Shown: positions 12,799 through 24,864 of the stretch, in pieces | Position numbering within the stretch: the stretch's first letter is position 1 | Layout: the number at the start of each line of letters is the position of its first letter | DNA from: Dipteris shenzhenensis | Lineage: Eukaryota | Direction: 5' to 3' (one strand) | Length of the DNA stretch: 64,000 nt | Assembly (NCBI GenBank): GCA_047967505.1 | Contig: CM106538.1 | The notes under the pieces: model-generated | Seen by the model: the letters and a program-made list of their open reading frames with translations, nothing else | Told to the model about the DNA's origin: nothing | The model's database searches: none | Translations under genes and position numbers: made by a program

Positions 12799-12874
12799 AA
12801 CAAAAAAGAAAATCAAAGGGCAGATGAGTTAGCTACTCAAGTAGGGCTGAGCCCCCCCACACCCCTTTTGTGTG

Positions 12875-12919
<45 letters not shown>

Positions 12920-13161
12920 TGTGTAAGAGATGTTTGCTTACGAGATGGGAGGTGGTTTCTTTAGTAGACACTGGACGGGCAGAACTGCAAGATGTTTAGC
13001 AATATGTGGAAGAAGGCATGTTTCCTCAAGCGTTAACTCCACAACAAAAGTAGGGATTGGTAAGGAAGACTTGCCCCTATACTGTTGATGACGTTCTTTA
13101 TATATTGGGAAAAGATAAGGTTCTTCCTTGGGTCCATCTCATGGAGGCTAGGAGAATCCTA

Positions 13162-15077
13162 TGTTAGCTTTGGGAGCCACGAATGTATGATTGAAATTCA
13201 TAAAATCACAAGACCTTCCAAAAGACAAACATTTTGAAATACAATTGAGGCGAACAATTGTGACATAGCTTGAGTGGTAAAACCTTCTATTAGAGAAGAA
13301 CTAACATAGTGATGCACCTCTATAGAGTTTTGTAGGCCTTACATGGAATGAAACAAAGACTCTTCTATGGACCCTAATGAGCAGCTGCTTAGACACACAA
13401 CATGTAAGGACTCAGAGAGCCTCAAAGGCTCAGACAAATAGAGCGAGCTCAAAGCTCTGATCTTGCTTTCTTGTCGAGCTACACTACCTTGACTAGAAGT
13501 TGCCAAAACCGCAATCCTACCACAATGCAACCACCTATGTATCATGTACCAATCAAAATGCAAATTGGTTACCCAATCATGTATCTCCAAGTCGGCCATC
13601 TAACCATTTCCAAGTATTCATAGGTCTTTCCAACTCCTAACCTTAATCGACTGTGAGTCACCCCATGAGGATGATGGTGACCACCTAATACTAACATTCC
13701 CTCCCTCAACCGAAATGGGGAGATTAGAAAAGCATCTCGAGAACTAAAACTCATGTTCACAAAGAACGCCTGCTCACAAAGAACAACAAACACTCCATTA
13801 AATGCTCACAAAGAGCTCAACAAAGATCGCTCACAAAGAGCCCAAACGTTGGTAGTCAACACTGCCCTCCCTGTCTCTTATAAATATTAGAAGGCCCAAT
13901 CTTCATCCAACACATTAGCAGCAACAAACATGGAATCTCCTCCGCAAATTGATTTCTCCACAACACCGGCTCCCCTTTAGAATTTGCTGCACTTCCCATC
14001 ATTCTAGTTCTCGCTGCAGTAGCTACTTTTTGTTGAACTCCTAGCACTTCCAGAGCTGCCTCTGAACACGAGAGGCATGTTGAAGACTTTGCCATCTCTT
14101 GCAAGCCCATCACCCAAGATCTTAAAAAAGCTCTCAAACTTAGCCTTTGCTGAGAAAAGAGAAAACTCAATGAACGCCTGCTACTCGATGCTTCAATTAT
14201 CATGTTCAACGATTAAGGGATGAAGCCTCTCAAGGAAAACCACAAAGATCATATGCCAAAACATTTTCTAATTATCACAAACTCTTACAACCAACTCTGA
14301 TGATAATAGCTTGGGCCCTCATTCAATTCTCATACAATGCAATCATAAATCCTCATGACTGCTCCAAATTGTCACAAGCCCTTTGAACCAAATTGTTCTG
14401 ATATACCACTGCTAGCTTTTGGAGCCATGAATCTATGATTGAAATTCAAAAAATCACAAGACCTTCCAAAAGACAAATATTTTGAAATACAATTGAGACG
14501 AACAATTGTGACTCACCTTGAGTGGCAAAGACCTTCTATTAGAGAAGAATCGACATAGTGAGACTCTGGCCGCACCAAAAAATCACGACCTTCCAAAAGA
14601 CAAATATTTTGAAATACAATTGAGACGAACAATTGCGACTCAGTTTGAGGCAAAAACCTTCTATTAGAGAAGAATCGACATGGTGAGACTTTGGCCGCAC
14701 CTCTACAGAGTTTGTAGGCCTTACGTGGAATGAAACAAGACTCTTCAATGGACCCTAATGAGTAGTTTCTCAGACACACAACATGTAAAGACTCAGAGAG
14801 CCTCGAAGGCTAGGACAAAGAGAGAAAGCTCAAAGCTCTAATCTTGCTTTTCATGTTGAGCTATGCCACCTTGATTAGAAGTTGCCAAAATCACCATAAA
14901 ACCACCTAGGTATCATGTACCAATCAAAACTCACATGCAAATTGGTTATCCAATCATGTATCTCCAAGTCGGCCATCCAATCAACCATTGCCAAGTATTT
15001 ATAGGTCTTGCTCCCTCCTAACCTTAATCGACTGTGAGTCACCCCATGAGGATGATGGTGACCACCCAATACTAACA
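13162..15077 (-). mobile_element. TRIM (terminal-repeat retrotransposon in miniature)
   Basis: LTRs 13162-13696 and 14410-15077. TSD TCCTA at 13157-13161 and 15078-15082. PPT TTCCCTCCCTC at 13697-13707 (+ strand view). Degenerate iMet PBS GTTCTGATATACCA at 14395-14408. ~710-bp non-coding interior. Confidence 0.9.
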
Positions 15078-15897
15078 TCCTAGTCATAAATGCTCCAGTC
15101 ATTTTGCTTCAGTGAGCACACCTAGAAGAATTCTTAATGCAAGTTACTTTGGCCACGCCGCCATAAGGATGTATATGAATGGTGTCAAAGTTGTACAGTG
15201 TATTAGAAGTTTGGAAGGTGATCCCTGGGCCCTTGAGGCCTATTCTAGCATATGGACCTTTTGAGATGTGGGGGTTGGACTTTGTGGGACCACTCCCTTG
15301 CTCATCTCACGGCAAGCATTATTTATTGGTGGCCATAGATTATGTGACTCGGTGGGAGGAGGCCAAGGCCATAGTCAACAACAAGGCAAGAACAGTTGCA
15401 AAATTTCTCTTTGACCAAATTTGTTTATGCTTTGGTTGTCCTTTGGAAATTCTCAACCTCTTTTAGAAATAATCTTCGCATAGCTGTAGCCAAAATAGAC
15501 GGACATGAAGACGCCTATGCTCAACACTTGGTACTGTTAGAAGCCTTGGATGAATGCAGATCATAGGCTTTATAAAACTTGGAATCTTCTAAAAAATGGT
15601 GCAAGGACTATTTTGACACCAAATTATGCAAGAAGAAGCATATTGCATATGAAATTTGGTCATGAGATTTGATAGCCATTTGGACAAGCGGCTAGACAAA
15701 AAATTTAATGATTGATGGGAGGGACCATATAGAGTCAAGAAGAAGTTCACCAATGGAGCCTATCAGATTGAGGATGTTGACGGCATGATGATACTGAGAT
15801 GCACCAATGAGTATTGCCTTAAATTCTTCTATGCTTGACCACCTTGAGGGCCAATAGACCCTCTCTATTACTAGAGAGGATTTGCAGGGGGGGAAGA

Positions 15898-17013
15898 TGT
15901 GATGCCAAAAATTGAGATCTTTTATTTGGCATTGGTGTTGCTTCTCTCTATGTTTGATAAGGTGTGAGTATCAAGTGATAGCCTAGTGGCTCTCACTTAT
16001 TTCCATTTTTTAAGATATTGTATGGGATTGAGAGGATGAGTGGCATGGATAATTGTAATACCATGTGTATGAATGATAAATATCTTGATATGGGGTTAGA
16101 GTTATTTGTGTATGGGATATTATGGGGTTTTTAGAAAATAGGAAGAGTGAGTCATATAAAGAGCGGGTCTATTGTCCATGTGTTTAAATAATGTAAGAGC
16201 GATCACATGCCAAGCATGTGGAATGAATGTGGAGGAGTGTTGAAGAGTGTGGAGTAAAGAGGTATCCTTCTAGAATTCATATGTGGAATAAGGAGGACAT
16301 GGACATATGGAAAAGAGAGGGTCCCTATGGGATCAATGTGGGAAGACCCTTGACTCTCAATATTTCATGAGCATCTTTTGATGGAACACATGTCAAGAGT
16401 ATCCAAAAAGGACATGGATGGTGACATACGGGCTTATGTGATTGATGGGGAAAGGAATCTACACGCAGCAATTGTAAATGGGTGAAGGAGGGTGACAAAA
16501 TCTCTATAAAAGGAGCTCTCCTCTTCCTTATTCAACATCTCTTCCACCATTGAGCCTCATGTTGATGTAGCTCTAGTCTCCTCAAGCCTCTTCCATGAGC
16601 CCTCTCTCTGCTTCTTTTAGATATCCTCTCTTGAGTCCATATCTCTCTACTTCACTCTCTTTCTATGAGTAGTCTTAGAGGTCCTGCTTTTTTTGTATGC
16701 ATGAAACCTCTTCTTCTCCCTTGTATTTGTAGTATTTTGAGTTGCATTTGAGTAGAGTCTCACTCTATTGGTAATGAAGGTCACTTCAGGTTATCTCTCT
16801 TCAGTGTCCTTCCTTTTTTCCATTGCTTTTTCTTTCTCTCTCTTTCAAAGTCTTCAAAAGTGCTTTCTATTTGGTCGCTCATTGTGCATATGTGGTTTAT
16901 TTGTTTCCTGAGCCACAAAGGGAGCTCTTCCTTCTCTCCTAGGTGACGTCTATGGGACATGGATCATTGATAAAGTCTGAGCATGGAGGGAGTATTCTCC
17001 TAAGTTGGCATCA
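15898..17013 (+). repeat. LTR (~1.1 kb) of the Gypsy remnant
   Basis: Follows the PPT; terminal inverted repeat TGATGCCAA/TTGGCATCA; CTATAAAA near 16504; a partial inverted copy lies at 19010-19320. Confidence 0.75.
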
Positions 17014-18030
17014 GTAGAAGGAGTAGGTGTTTTTCATGACTGTTTGACCCCCTACCATTATTTTACTCATAACTTCCTGCTCGATGCTCCGCTTTTGATG
17101 AAGCTTATATCAATGTGAAGCTATCTTCAAGGCGCATCATCCTACATGTTTAATTATACCCTCTTCTAGTAAAATGTCCATAACTTTTCAACCGCTTCTT
17201 TGTTTCTTACAAAACTTATATCAGTGTGAAGCCCATTTCAAGGCACATCTCTACATATACCTAAATCTTTAATATCATGTCTTTGTTAGAAGTTATAGGC
17301 CTCTATGTTTGATGACAATTTGTAGAGTGTTTTGAGCTACTTGTAGAGGTATTCATGAAGGAGGTGCATTGTTTCCCTGGAACCTACCCATCCGACCCAA
17401 TCAGCCCCTTCAAACTCCTTGATATATATCCAGTTCATGTCATATTAAGCCACAAGATCTTCTTTCAACAACGTATTGCTCTTCTATTTAGTGCAGAATG
17501 GCTTGGTGAGATTATGTCCTCTATTGATCCTTTCCTTCTCCCTATGCTAGAGTACAACATTACTTGGGATGTTACCATCTCCATTCACATTCATTGGTGG
17601 AAGTACCTGCACAATTTGAATATCGTGGTTGATCAATGATCTATGTCACACATTGTGGATTATAAGTAGGTCCCTTTCCTGCCTAAGATGCTTTTTCTTA
17701 TTCATCACTAAAGGAACCAAGTTCAGGGAACAAAACCAATGAGTGCTCTGGACTTCTTTCTCAAGGCTTTCTTGAGAGACACCTCCATTTTCCTGGTAGC
17801 CTCTATAGTCCCTCTGTAATCTTTATGTTTAGACCTCTTTGGCCCAAACATCCCCAAAGAATCCCTTTAAAGAATCCAACTGTCAAAACTGCATTTGGTG
17901 GCTATCCCAATAGAGAGCTTAGTCTGGTACATCGTCCTGACTCTTGTTAAAAGAGGGAGATGCTTTTGTGTAGTGCACTTTGGCTGCCATTAGTACTTTG
18001 TATAAGCCCTATTACGAAGGACCTGCCCCA

Positions 18031-18415
18031 TTCTATAGGTCAAGGACCATACCGAGTACGAAAGATGAATCCCATTAGAGCTGTGCTGCTAGAAACATCA
18101 GATGGAGTCCAATTCAACACAACAATAAACGGGAGTCGATTGAAGTGCTACTACATCAACACGCAAGCCGTCCCCAACAAAAAGGAAGATTTGGGAAACC
18201 AAGTCTTCCTTAGTTAGAATTAGATTGTTTCACGAGCACTCACTTGCATATGTACGTCTCTGCACATATAGGCAGCATCAATAGATTTCAACCTAGGGCT
18301 CAGAAGTGGTGCGTGAGTTCTAACTGCCCTATGAAAATCCCAGCAACAAAAAAAAAGCATAAAGTTAGTCCATGCCTAGCTCCTAGGTCACATGCACTCA
18401 CACGCTTTTTCTTAA
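18031..18415 (+). mobile_element. Fragment (integrase C-terminus plus 3' UTR) of the Athila-like family at 46.9-61 kb
   Basis: GQGPYRVRKMNPIRAVLLETSDGVQFNTTINGSRLKCYY and the downstream non-coding DNA match ~52342-52650 (+) and ~54240-54605 (-). Confidence 0.85.
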
Positions 18416-18423
18416 ACACACCG

Positions 18424-18872
18424 CATCTAAGGGAAGAAAGGGAATAATGTGTGGTGTGGTCTCTTAGCATGAAAGTTTCTTTTTTATTTTCCCTTTCCCA
18501 GTGATAAAGATCCCCCCCACTAAGTTTGGAAGTAGTAGGAAGCTAACAGGATCGTGAAGTTTTATTATCCCCAACTTCATGTCACAGTACTGTGACATGA
18601 AGTTGGGGATAATAAAACTTCACGATCCTGTTAGCTTGTACTGTGACATGAAGTTGGGGATAATAAAACTTCACGATCCTGTTAGCTTCCTACTACTTCC
18701 AATGTGACATGAAGTTGGGGATAATAAAACTTCACGATCCTGTTAGCTTCCTACTACTTCCAAACTTAGTGACAAGGATGTTTATCACACACTGGTGGAA
18801 AAGGGGAAATAAAATAGAAACTTTCATGTTAAGTCACCACACTACACCTTGTTCCCTTTCTTCTCTTAGATG
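18424..18872. repeat. Fold-back inverted repeat with perfect 98-bp palindrome and triplicated inner arm
   Basis: Outer arms CATCTAAG.../...CTTAGATG are imperfect. Perfect palindrome 18540-18637 centred on GTAC. Copies starting TGTGACATGAAGTTGGGG at 18591, 18642 and 18703. Confidence 0.9.
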
Positions 18873-19009
18873 AGAATGAAGATGATAACATCCCAAGTGA
18901 TGTTGTAGTCTAGTATAGGGAGAAGGAAAGCATCAGTGAAGGCCATAATCTCATCAAGCCTTGGAGATTATAGCTATAACACAACGTATCACTCTTCTCT
19001 TTAGCCCCA

Positions 19010-19320
19010 TGTTCTCTCTTACATTATTGGAACACATGGACATGAGTTCCACCTCTTTATATGACCCACTCTTCCTATTTTCTAAAAACCCCATAATATC
19101 CCATACACAAATAACTCTCACCCTATACCAAGGTATTTATCATTCATACACATGGTATTTACAATGATCCATTCTACTCATCCTCTCAATCCCATACAAT
19201 ATCTTAGAAAATGGAAATAATCGAGAGCCACTAGGCTATCACTTGATACTCACACTCTTATCAAACATAGAGAAAAGCAATACCAATGCCAAATAAAAGA
19301 TATCAATTTTTGTTGTCACA
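19010..19320 (-). repeat. Truncated LTR copy (5' ~310 bp of the 15898-17013 LTR family)
   Basis: Reverse complement aligns with 15898-~16200; begins TGTGACAACAAAAATTGATATC vs TGTGATGCCAAAAATTGAGATC. Confidence 0.85.
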
Positions 19321-19324
19321 GTAT

Positions 19325-20204
19325 TGCAATGGACAGCTATATTAATGGTAATAAGCTTAAGTGCTACTACCACCCCTTAACATTGCAAATATTACAGGCC
19401 ATCCATTGGGAATAGAAACTTAAAAAGGATGTCACTCGAATGAAGCAGCAAGCATCAAAAGATGTTAGAGTGCGTCAAGCCAAAGCAAAAAATTTAGGGC
19501 TTATATCAATTTATAAAGCATCCATGGAAGGGTTACACCCCATGGAGGATCGGACTGTTGCCCCTATAAGGATACAAGCTAGTTTTCAACTATGCAAGGA
19601 AACAATATGCTCTGTTGATGTCTTCATTGACTTTGTTGCCAACCACAACTTGATCTCTTAAGAAATGTGTACTAGACTACTAACATTTAAGGTAACCCTG
19701 GAACCTACACTTGTTATGGTACGTGTAGTAAATGGCAAAATCTCACCCATTATAGGTTGCATCAAAATTTCTTTATCAATTAATAACCATTGCAAGTATG
19801 TTTTAGGTTATGCTTATAGGTGCCATGGATGAACAAGTCATTTTTAGATCATGTTGAGACAAAGTAAGGATGCAATTTCACTACTCCAATCCCATTCTCC
19901 ATCCACAAAGGTTCAAGCTAAGCCATGCTAGAAGACCATTTCCCGAAGATGAAGCAATGAAAGGCCAATGGCAGCAACACTCTCGATGGATACCCAAAAC
20001 ATTACTGGAAGCTCAAGGACTCTATCATGGCAATAGCTGTTGTTGCAAATGGGTGCCTAGAGCGTGCAAGTCTCTAGTGTGTACCACATAACACCGTACA
20101 TCATCCATGGCAAAGACCATAGTAGTGCCACAAGAACTTGCCTCTAAAAATGAGGTAGATACATAAGAGCTCACAGGCAAATATGGAAAATATACAACAA
20201 TGGG
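19325..20204 (+). mobile_element. Highly decayed Gypsy-like remnant hosting the Copia insertion (continues ~27547-27950)
   Basis: Integrase-tail-like NGNKLKCYYHP at ~19345; protease-like VDVFIDFVANHNLIS at ~19615-19660; W(I/V)P(K/R) motifs on both sides of the Copia. Confidence 0.45.
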
Positions 20205-20433
20205 TGACAAAATATGAAGAGGGGAGAGGAGAAGAGTGGAGATGAGGAGAGGGCACAACTAGAGAGCACACCACAAATGACTAACTGTACACTAGATTTA
20301 GTTGAAGATGTAGAATATATACAAATCCATTTAGGGTTAGGGTTAAGGCATCTAACCCTTTCCTTTATAGCACTCTATATGTGTTAGTGCTATGCACATA
20401 TAATCACATGATGTTGAGCATGGTCTCTCAACA
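20205..20433 (-). repeat. 3' LTR of the Copia (229 bp)
   Basis: Copy of 27311-27541; adjacent to the PPT. Confidence 0.95.
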
Positions 20434-20521
20434 CCTTCCCTCAAGATCAACATCATGAAGTAGGCCTTTACTCAAGATGGTGATTCTGGGGAATCAAAGA
20501 AGGACTGAACATTACATTCCA

Positions 20522-23500
20522 TCACACCCCTTTCATGGGAATGTCCTTCCTCTGTGTCAAACCAAGAGCTTGTTGGTGTTTCTCAAAAAGCACTTTATTG
20601 AGTGGTTTGGTGAAGATATCTGCAACATTCTCTTTGCTATCACAATGCTGTGGTGTGATGTCACCAAGTAATACTCTTTCTCTGATGAATGCTTGAGCCA
20701 ATTGATTATCACAGTATATTGTTGTTGGATTTGACTCATCAAAGTAATATGTTTCTAACAATAGTCTTTTGAGCCATATAGCCTCACATGCACCTATAGT
20801 GAGTGCTCTATATTCTGCTTCAGTTGAAGATAAAGAAATAGTTGGCTGTTTATTTGACAACCATGATATAGCACCTTGACTAAGGAAAAATGCATATCCC
20901 TGTGTCGATCTCCTAATCTCATGATCTCCGGCATAGTCACTGTCACAGTATCCATGCAACCTTGGATGACTTCCTTTGTATTCTATTCCAAACTGTCTTG
21001 TACCTCTGATGTATCTCAAGACCCTTTTGGATGCATTCCAATGAGATTGTTTTGGATTTGCCATAAATTGTGCAAGTGGACTTACTGCATAAAAAGTTCT
21101 GGTCATGTGATAGTCAGATATATAAGTGATTCGATGAGATGCCTATAGTACCTATCATTGATTGCAGGCTTTTCTAAATCTTTAGTAAGTTTCAAACTCT
21201 ATTCCATGGGAGTGGCTACAATCTTGCAATCTGCCATATGAAACTTCTTCAGGAGACTGTCAACATACTTGAGCTGACTCATGAAAGCATTGTCTGAATC
21301 TCTCCAAAACTCAATTCCAAGACAATAGTGCATAAGTACAAGATCTTTCATGTCGAACTCTGCAGCAGATAAGTCTTGTTTTAGATTTTTTATGAACCTA
21401 TCCTTACTTCTAGTCACAATCAAATCATCTACGTACAAAAGTGCATTAGTAATGTCTTCCCCTTGAACTTTATAATAGAGAGTATGATCTGCATTGGACT
21501 TCATGTATCCCAGATCAACAAAATACTTGTCGATTCTACTATACCAACTTTTGGGTGCTTGCTTTAAGCCATAGAGACTTTTCTTAAGAGGGCAAACCTT
21601 ATTCTCCTTTCCTAGTTCAACATAACTTGTTGGTGGTTGCATGTAGACTTCCTCGTCCAGGTAACCATTGAGAAATGCATTCTTGACATCAAGCTGGTAC
21701 ACATTCCATCTGTTGAGTGTCGCTAGTGATTTCAAGAACTGTATGGAATCCATCTTTGCTACTGGACCATAATTCTCATCATAATCTTGACCATATTGTT
21801 GTGCAAATCCTTTTGGAACTAGTCTGGCTTTGTATCTTTGAATACTTCCATCTGGATTGTACTTCACTTTGTATACTCATTTGTTTGCTATGGCCTTCTT
21901 TCTTGGTGGAAGGTCGCATAATTCCCAAGATTGTTCTTGTACAAAGCATCCATTTCTTCATTCATAGCAGTTTGCCATTCTGGCTTGTCTACTACGTCTT
22001 TGAAGTCACTGGCTCTTCTGTAGCCATGATGGTAGTCATAAGAGCATAATTGTGGTTTCAACCTGAGTTGCTTTGCCTTTTTGAGAATAGGTCAATCTCG
22101 CTAGTGATCTACTTTCCCTCTTAGACCATTTGAGCTGCCATGGCTCTGCTTGGGGTGTTTCTGGCAATTCTTACTCTTCTTCATTAACTTTTTATGTAGA
22201 TGACTGTGAAATCAGTGCGTCTATCTCTTGTGTATTTGAGGTTTTCCATTCCGATTCCTCATCAAATATTACATCTTTGGAGATAATGACCTTGCGCTTG
22301 ATGGGATCATACAACTTGTATGCTTTGCTTTCTTCACTCTAGCCAACCATGATGCATTTATGTGACTTCACATCCAATTTCCTACGAATGATCATCATGT
22401 ATGTGGGCATATGCTATGCAACAAAATATGCGGAGATGCCCAATGTGTGGCCTATGTCCAGTAAATGCTTCATAAGGCGTCATACACTATATACGGCTCG
22501 GTAGGAAGTCGATTAAGCAAGTAGTTTGCAGTGGCTTTTGCTTCTACCCAATACTGATTCGGAAGATGCTTCTCACTAAGCATTGCTCTAGCACTGTCTG
22601 CTAAAGTACCATTCTTCCTTTCAGCTCTTGCATTTTGCTGAGGAGTATCTGCACAAGTGAATTGTCTTCGAATGTTGTGACTTCTGCAAAAGTTCATGAA
22701 TGTTGAAGACATGTATTCACCTCCTCTATCTGATCTCATGACTTTGATCTTTTTGCCTCTCTGGTTTTCTACCATGGCTTTGAATTCTTGAAATTTGGAA
22801 TACACTTCAGATTTCTCTTTCAAAAAGTAGACCCAACAATATCTGTTGTAGTCGTCGATGATGAAAGTTTAGTAAAGTAAACCATTGATGTTGCAGATTT
22901 GGGCATAACCCCATACATCTATATGTATCAAATCAAGAATACCTCATGCTCGAGAGATAACTTTTGCCGAAATTGGTTCCCTTTTTTTTGCTGAAGCAGC
23001 ATGCTTCACAAACTTTTCCAAGAGACTGTAGCTTAGAATCCCAATTTCCATATTTTTATTCCTGTGATCTAGCAAGCTCTTAAAATTGACATGGCCATAT
23101 CTCTTGTGCCATTTTGCAGATAGTGGCATCTATTGTGGTTGAGCTGACATGGCATGCAAATCTGGTAGTGTAGCTAGCATTCTGTACAAGCGTCCTTCCT
23201 TGACTCCTTTTCCTACTAGCTGAAATCTTCTAGATTTGTCTCTGATAGTGCATTCATCTCCATCAAAGATGACTCGATAGTTGTGTTTCGTCATTTGACC
23301 TACTGACAAGAGGTTCTTGCTGAGCTTTAGAATGTAGAGTACATCTGTAACCAATCCTTTCGTACCAATGAAATTGTTCATAGGGATAATGCCTGTCCCT
23401 TGAATTGGATTCGGTGTATTATCTGCTATGTAGATGGCATTCTTTAGACCTTCTAATGGTTTCATCTCTGTGAACCATTCCTAATGATTTGTCATATGAG

Positions 23501-24864
23501 ATGATGCACTGCTGTCGATGTACCAAGAATCCTAATCTGCTTGGTTAACTTGAGCTAAAATCCTCTTTTGTATTGAAATCAACGTCTAGATACACTATAT
23601 CAGTTTTTTGCATTTCTTCGTTTGCAAGAAACATATTCCCATGTTCATTTGCAAAATGACTGTGATTAGAATGTCCACCATGATGATTTCCTCTGCCGTG
23701 GAAATTCCTCGATTGCTACTAGATTGACCGCCTTGGTTGTTCTACTTCTTGCGATGGCAATTTCTTTCAAAGTGTGCAAACTTATGGTAGTAGTTGCACT
23801 GGATCTTTGACACGTTGGTGGATGCATTCTCTCATCCTTGGAATATTCCTCAACTGGAATGATTTCCTCTTTGCTGATTCTGATGTTGCTAAGGATGATG
23901 CTGATGTTGATTTTGGCTTTGTTGCTGATGATGACCACATTCCCTACAATGTCATTGTACATGAGTTCTAATTGCCTCTTGCTTTAGTGGCCTGATTATT
24001 GGGAAAGACTATCTATGTTGTTTCCCATTGTGGCATCCTCTTCCTCTTCAATAGATGGGAGTCCATTGAAGATTTACATACCTATAGTGCCAGCCTCAAC
24101 CTCAGCTTCTATCTGAAGCTACGAATGCCTAGTCATTAGAATGACCTTTGCATGCATGAATGGCTTGATTCTTGAGTTCTTCACCAAGTAAGACTGACTG
24201 AAGTTCTTCGAGTGTCGAAATTTGCCATTGGATGGCAATACTGGATGGCAATACTCTGGACTAGATTCTCGTTTCCCTTGCCTAGTCCATTCAAGATGAC
24301 TTGAACCATTTTTGCTAGATTCATGGTCTCTCCTGCTACTACGAGTTGATTGTTGTTGGTCTTTGATTCTGAGTACGTAAGCATGACCGATTTTGCTACT
24401 ATTGCGGAAACTCTAGTTGATTTGGTTTCTCAGTGTGAGAATCCTGGAAGTGTTCTTGGACTCGTAGAGAGCTATGAACATATCCCATGCTTCTTTTGAT
24501 GTCTTGACAGTGTTGAGTTGTCCTAGCATGACATCTTGCACAATTTGCTTAATCAGATGATATGCATACTTATCTTTCTTATCCCATTCTACCTGTGCTC
24601 GAGCAATGGCAGGATCTACTAAGGTGCCAAAACTGCTGGTGTAGCTAGATATCTCATTGTAGATCCCGCTACTAGTGCTGTGACAACAGGTGGAGTAGAG
24701 CTACTATTGGCTGGACCATCCAATGGTCTAGGTGTAGATCGATCGACATACTCCCATTTGTCTTGAAGCACAAGAATGGTTTTCATTCAGTATTTCCATG
24801 TGCTGTAATTGGAGTTGTCTAGCTTAGTAGATGCCTCTAGATTGAGGTTACTAGTCGTAGACAT
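20522..24864 (-). pseudogene. Copia gag-pol polyprotein, fragmented
   Basis: Gag start MSTTSNLNLEASTKLDNSNYSTWKY at 24864; protease WYIDSSASSHMT; GAG-pre-integrase WHKRYGH; integrase RSDRGGEY...[38 protein letters not shown]; RNase H YCDSDYAG, SSTEAEY, ADIFTKPL. Confidence 0.93.

Larger units (their letters stand above)
12960..17013 (+). mobile_element. 3' remnant of a non-chromovirus Ty3/Gypsy element (integrase plus 3' LTR)
   Basis: Degenerate pol from ~12960, integrase core GPFEMWGLDFVGPLP...LLVAIDYVTRW...FGCPLEI (15179-15466), WEGPY motif near 15720, PPT AGGGGGGGAAGA (~15886-15897), LTR 15898-17013 (TGTGATGCCAA...TTGGCATCA). Confidence 0.8.

Noticed and set aside
18518-18771. CRISPR-like repeated units
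   Set aside because: No unique spacers, unequal unit lengths, no cas genes and a eukaryotic context; better explained as a fold-back rearrangement.
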